Source: Octopus bimaculoides | Lineage: Eukaryota | Direction: 5' to 3' | Assembly (NCBI RefSeq): GCF_001194135.2 | Contig: NC_068991.1 | Location: 35,075,690 to 35,139,689, forward strand | DNA: 64,000 bases | Part shown: piece by piece, positions 62,080-64,000 of the stretch | Layout of the letters: each line of letters opens with the position of its first letter | How positions within the stretch are numbered: the first letter of the stretch is position 1 | The notes under the pieces: generated by a model | Told to the model about the DNA's origin: nothing | Databases searched by the model: none | Seen by the model: only the letters and a program-made list of their open reading frames with translations | Made by a program: the position numbers and the translations under genes

Positions 62080-63421
62080 CTACATGCTAAACTACAATTA
62101 TTTACAGACTGCATGGATAAAATTATATCTAACTCTATAACTAACTCAGCTAAGGAGCAGAAATTACCTTAAAACCTGCATAATCCCTGTAACCAAAACA
62201 AAACAAAAAAAGGCAAGCAACAAGTACATAAACTACTAAAAAGTAACAAGCAGCAGAGACCTAACTCTAGAATGAAATCCAATTTATCACAACCAGGGGT
62301 TTTCCTCATCAGTTGCCTAATGGATATTATTGTGATTTTGACACCCAAGGTAAGATCACTACTTCTGTTGCCAATTTCTTAGAAAAAAACAAATATCATT
62401 TGGGAATATGCAAACCAGGTATTTGTATCTGGTCCACAACTTGTAAATGTACATATCCCAAAGATGAATATACACAACTATTAAAACATGCAGGTAACAA
62501 ATAATCATAATTTGATATAAAATATCTCTGTCTGTTCACACACACACACACACACACACTATTAGTAGAATTGTTAGTGTTCGAAAGATGGCTTTGTGGG
62601 AATTGTTCTGGTTAAGTTCAAATCCTTCCAAAGTCATCTTTGCTTCTTGCCCTTTCAAACTTGATAAATGAAGTACCAGACCAGTACTAGGGTCAATTCT
62701 TCTCTATCTTTCTCTGGATGAAATCAGCTCTGGTCAGATATATGCTATATGCCATGACAGCACCACTGCAACTCTGTCAAAGAGTTAAGGGACCGAGGCA
62801 AGTCATTGTCTTAAGCAAGAATTTTTCCTATGACAAACTGCAGTGAAAATCCTTTACAAGTTCAAATATCTTTCAAACATATTTGGACTGCTCTTAAGTT
62901 TGTATATGTGCGTTTATTTGTATACATACTTCTGTTTGAAAATTCCTGTTATTGAACATTTGCTTTCTAGTTCATGTATCTTATTCTAATAACTTATTCA
63001 ATATGAACAATATTCTAAGCACACTTTTACACCCACTTCCACTTCTATTTTCATAGTTTACTGTGATGTTGAAAAAATAGATTAAGCTACCATTTGTAAA
63101 ATTTTGTTAAATACATAGATTCATTACAGTCATTGCATGTTACACTTTAACAATTTTTCTTATTAATTATGAACTCAATTATATATGGTACATATAGTTG
63201 AATATATGGGGTTTTATATATTCACTTTGTACAAAATGCATGTAGATGAGTATATAGACTCACTCATTACACATGATGACTGTAGATGAGCATATATGAG
63301 TAAATAAACTTGCTCATTATTCTTGATGCATGGAGATGAATATATAAGGGTTTGGCTCCTCTGTTTACTGCATATTTCACAGTTGTCTTTTAGGACTGTT
63401 CTGTACATTCTTGCTTGTTAA

Positions 63422-63643
63422 CCCTTTCGATACCAACCCGGCTGAAACTACCTTTGGCTATGTAGTACAAATATCTTGTTTTCATTAGTTTTGAATTAAA
63501 ATCTTCCACCAAACCTTAGTCACAATTTATGTCCCTAACACTAGCTTAATGATAACTAAGTTATTTTACTAAATTCTTTGTTATATTTAAAATTAATTGA
63601 AAGAAAAGCAGAGCATCTCAAAATATATATGGTAACGAAAGGG
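63422..63643. mobile_element. piggyBac-like MITE, 222 bp, intact
   Basis: TTAA|CCCTTTCGATACC...GGTAACGAAAGGG|TTAA. Confidence 0.88.
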
Positions 63644-64000
63644 TTAATGATAATTTCTTCCAGTACTTTAAAATACATAAAAACTTGACTGGAATAAGAG
63701 AATCTGTGCATTTGTTGGTGTTGGTTGTCAGTTTTATTGTTGCTTTTAGCATGTTTGCAGAATGTTGCATTTAACATTGGGTAATATTAGTAACTTTGAG
63801 TATATTGATATTTCTATACTCTATCAATGGCTCCAGCAGCAGCAGTAGTAGCAATTTTCATAGTACTATATTTACTTGAAACTAATTTTTTAAGGCAGGA
63901 AAGCAATAAAGAACATACTTAGTATATCAAGTTTATCCAGTTTTAATCATAAATGCCTTTGTTGTTGCAGACAAATAAGATTTTTTGTTTTGTTTGTTTA

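Noticed and set aside
54517-64000. Next HEATR5B exon (LQPNSASGSGALEHD-like)
   Set aside because: Not found; it probably lies beyond the window end.

Overview
AT-rich eukaryotic genomic DNA with 9 N-gaps. The repeat families (RTE LINEs with (GAT)n tails, tRNA-derived SINEs with (ATT)n tails) suggest an octopus or other coleoid cephalopod; this is an inference. The window lies inside one + strand host gene, HEATR5B-like. Nine GT-AG coding exons were traced by hand (17171-54516, 1285 nt). The first coding exon and the 3' exons were not found, and about four internal exons appear lost in an assembly gap. The introns hold RTE LINEs (one near full length), a near full-length R4/Dong-type RLE element in a (TAA)n nest, Helitrons, mariner, pogo and piggyBac-like DNA elements, SINEs and Penelope-like (PLE) remnants. 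The most notable pattern is three long head-to-head inverted dimers (46776-47769, 55349-56030, 59462-59871) built from PLE-type parts. One is a 410-bp spacerless palindrome with an apparently intact hammerhead ribozyme (HHR) on each strand. One carries a candidate HHR with a swapped G3:C8 core and a 17-bp target-site duplication (TSD). One fuses a GIY-YIG C-terminal fragment to a tRNA-like unit. All assignments come from reading the sequence and recalled family motifs; no searches or folding programs were run.
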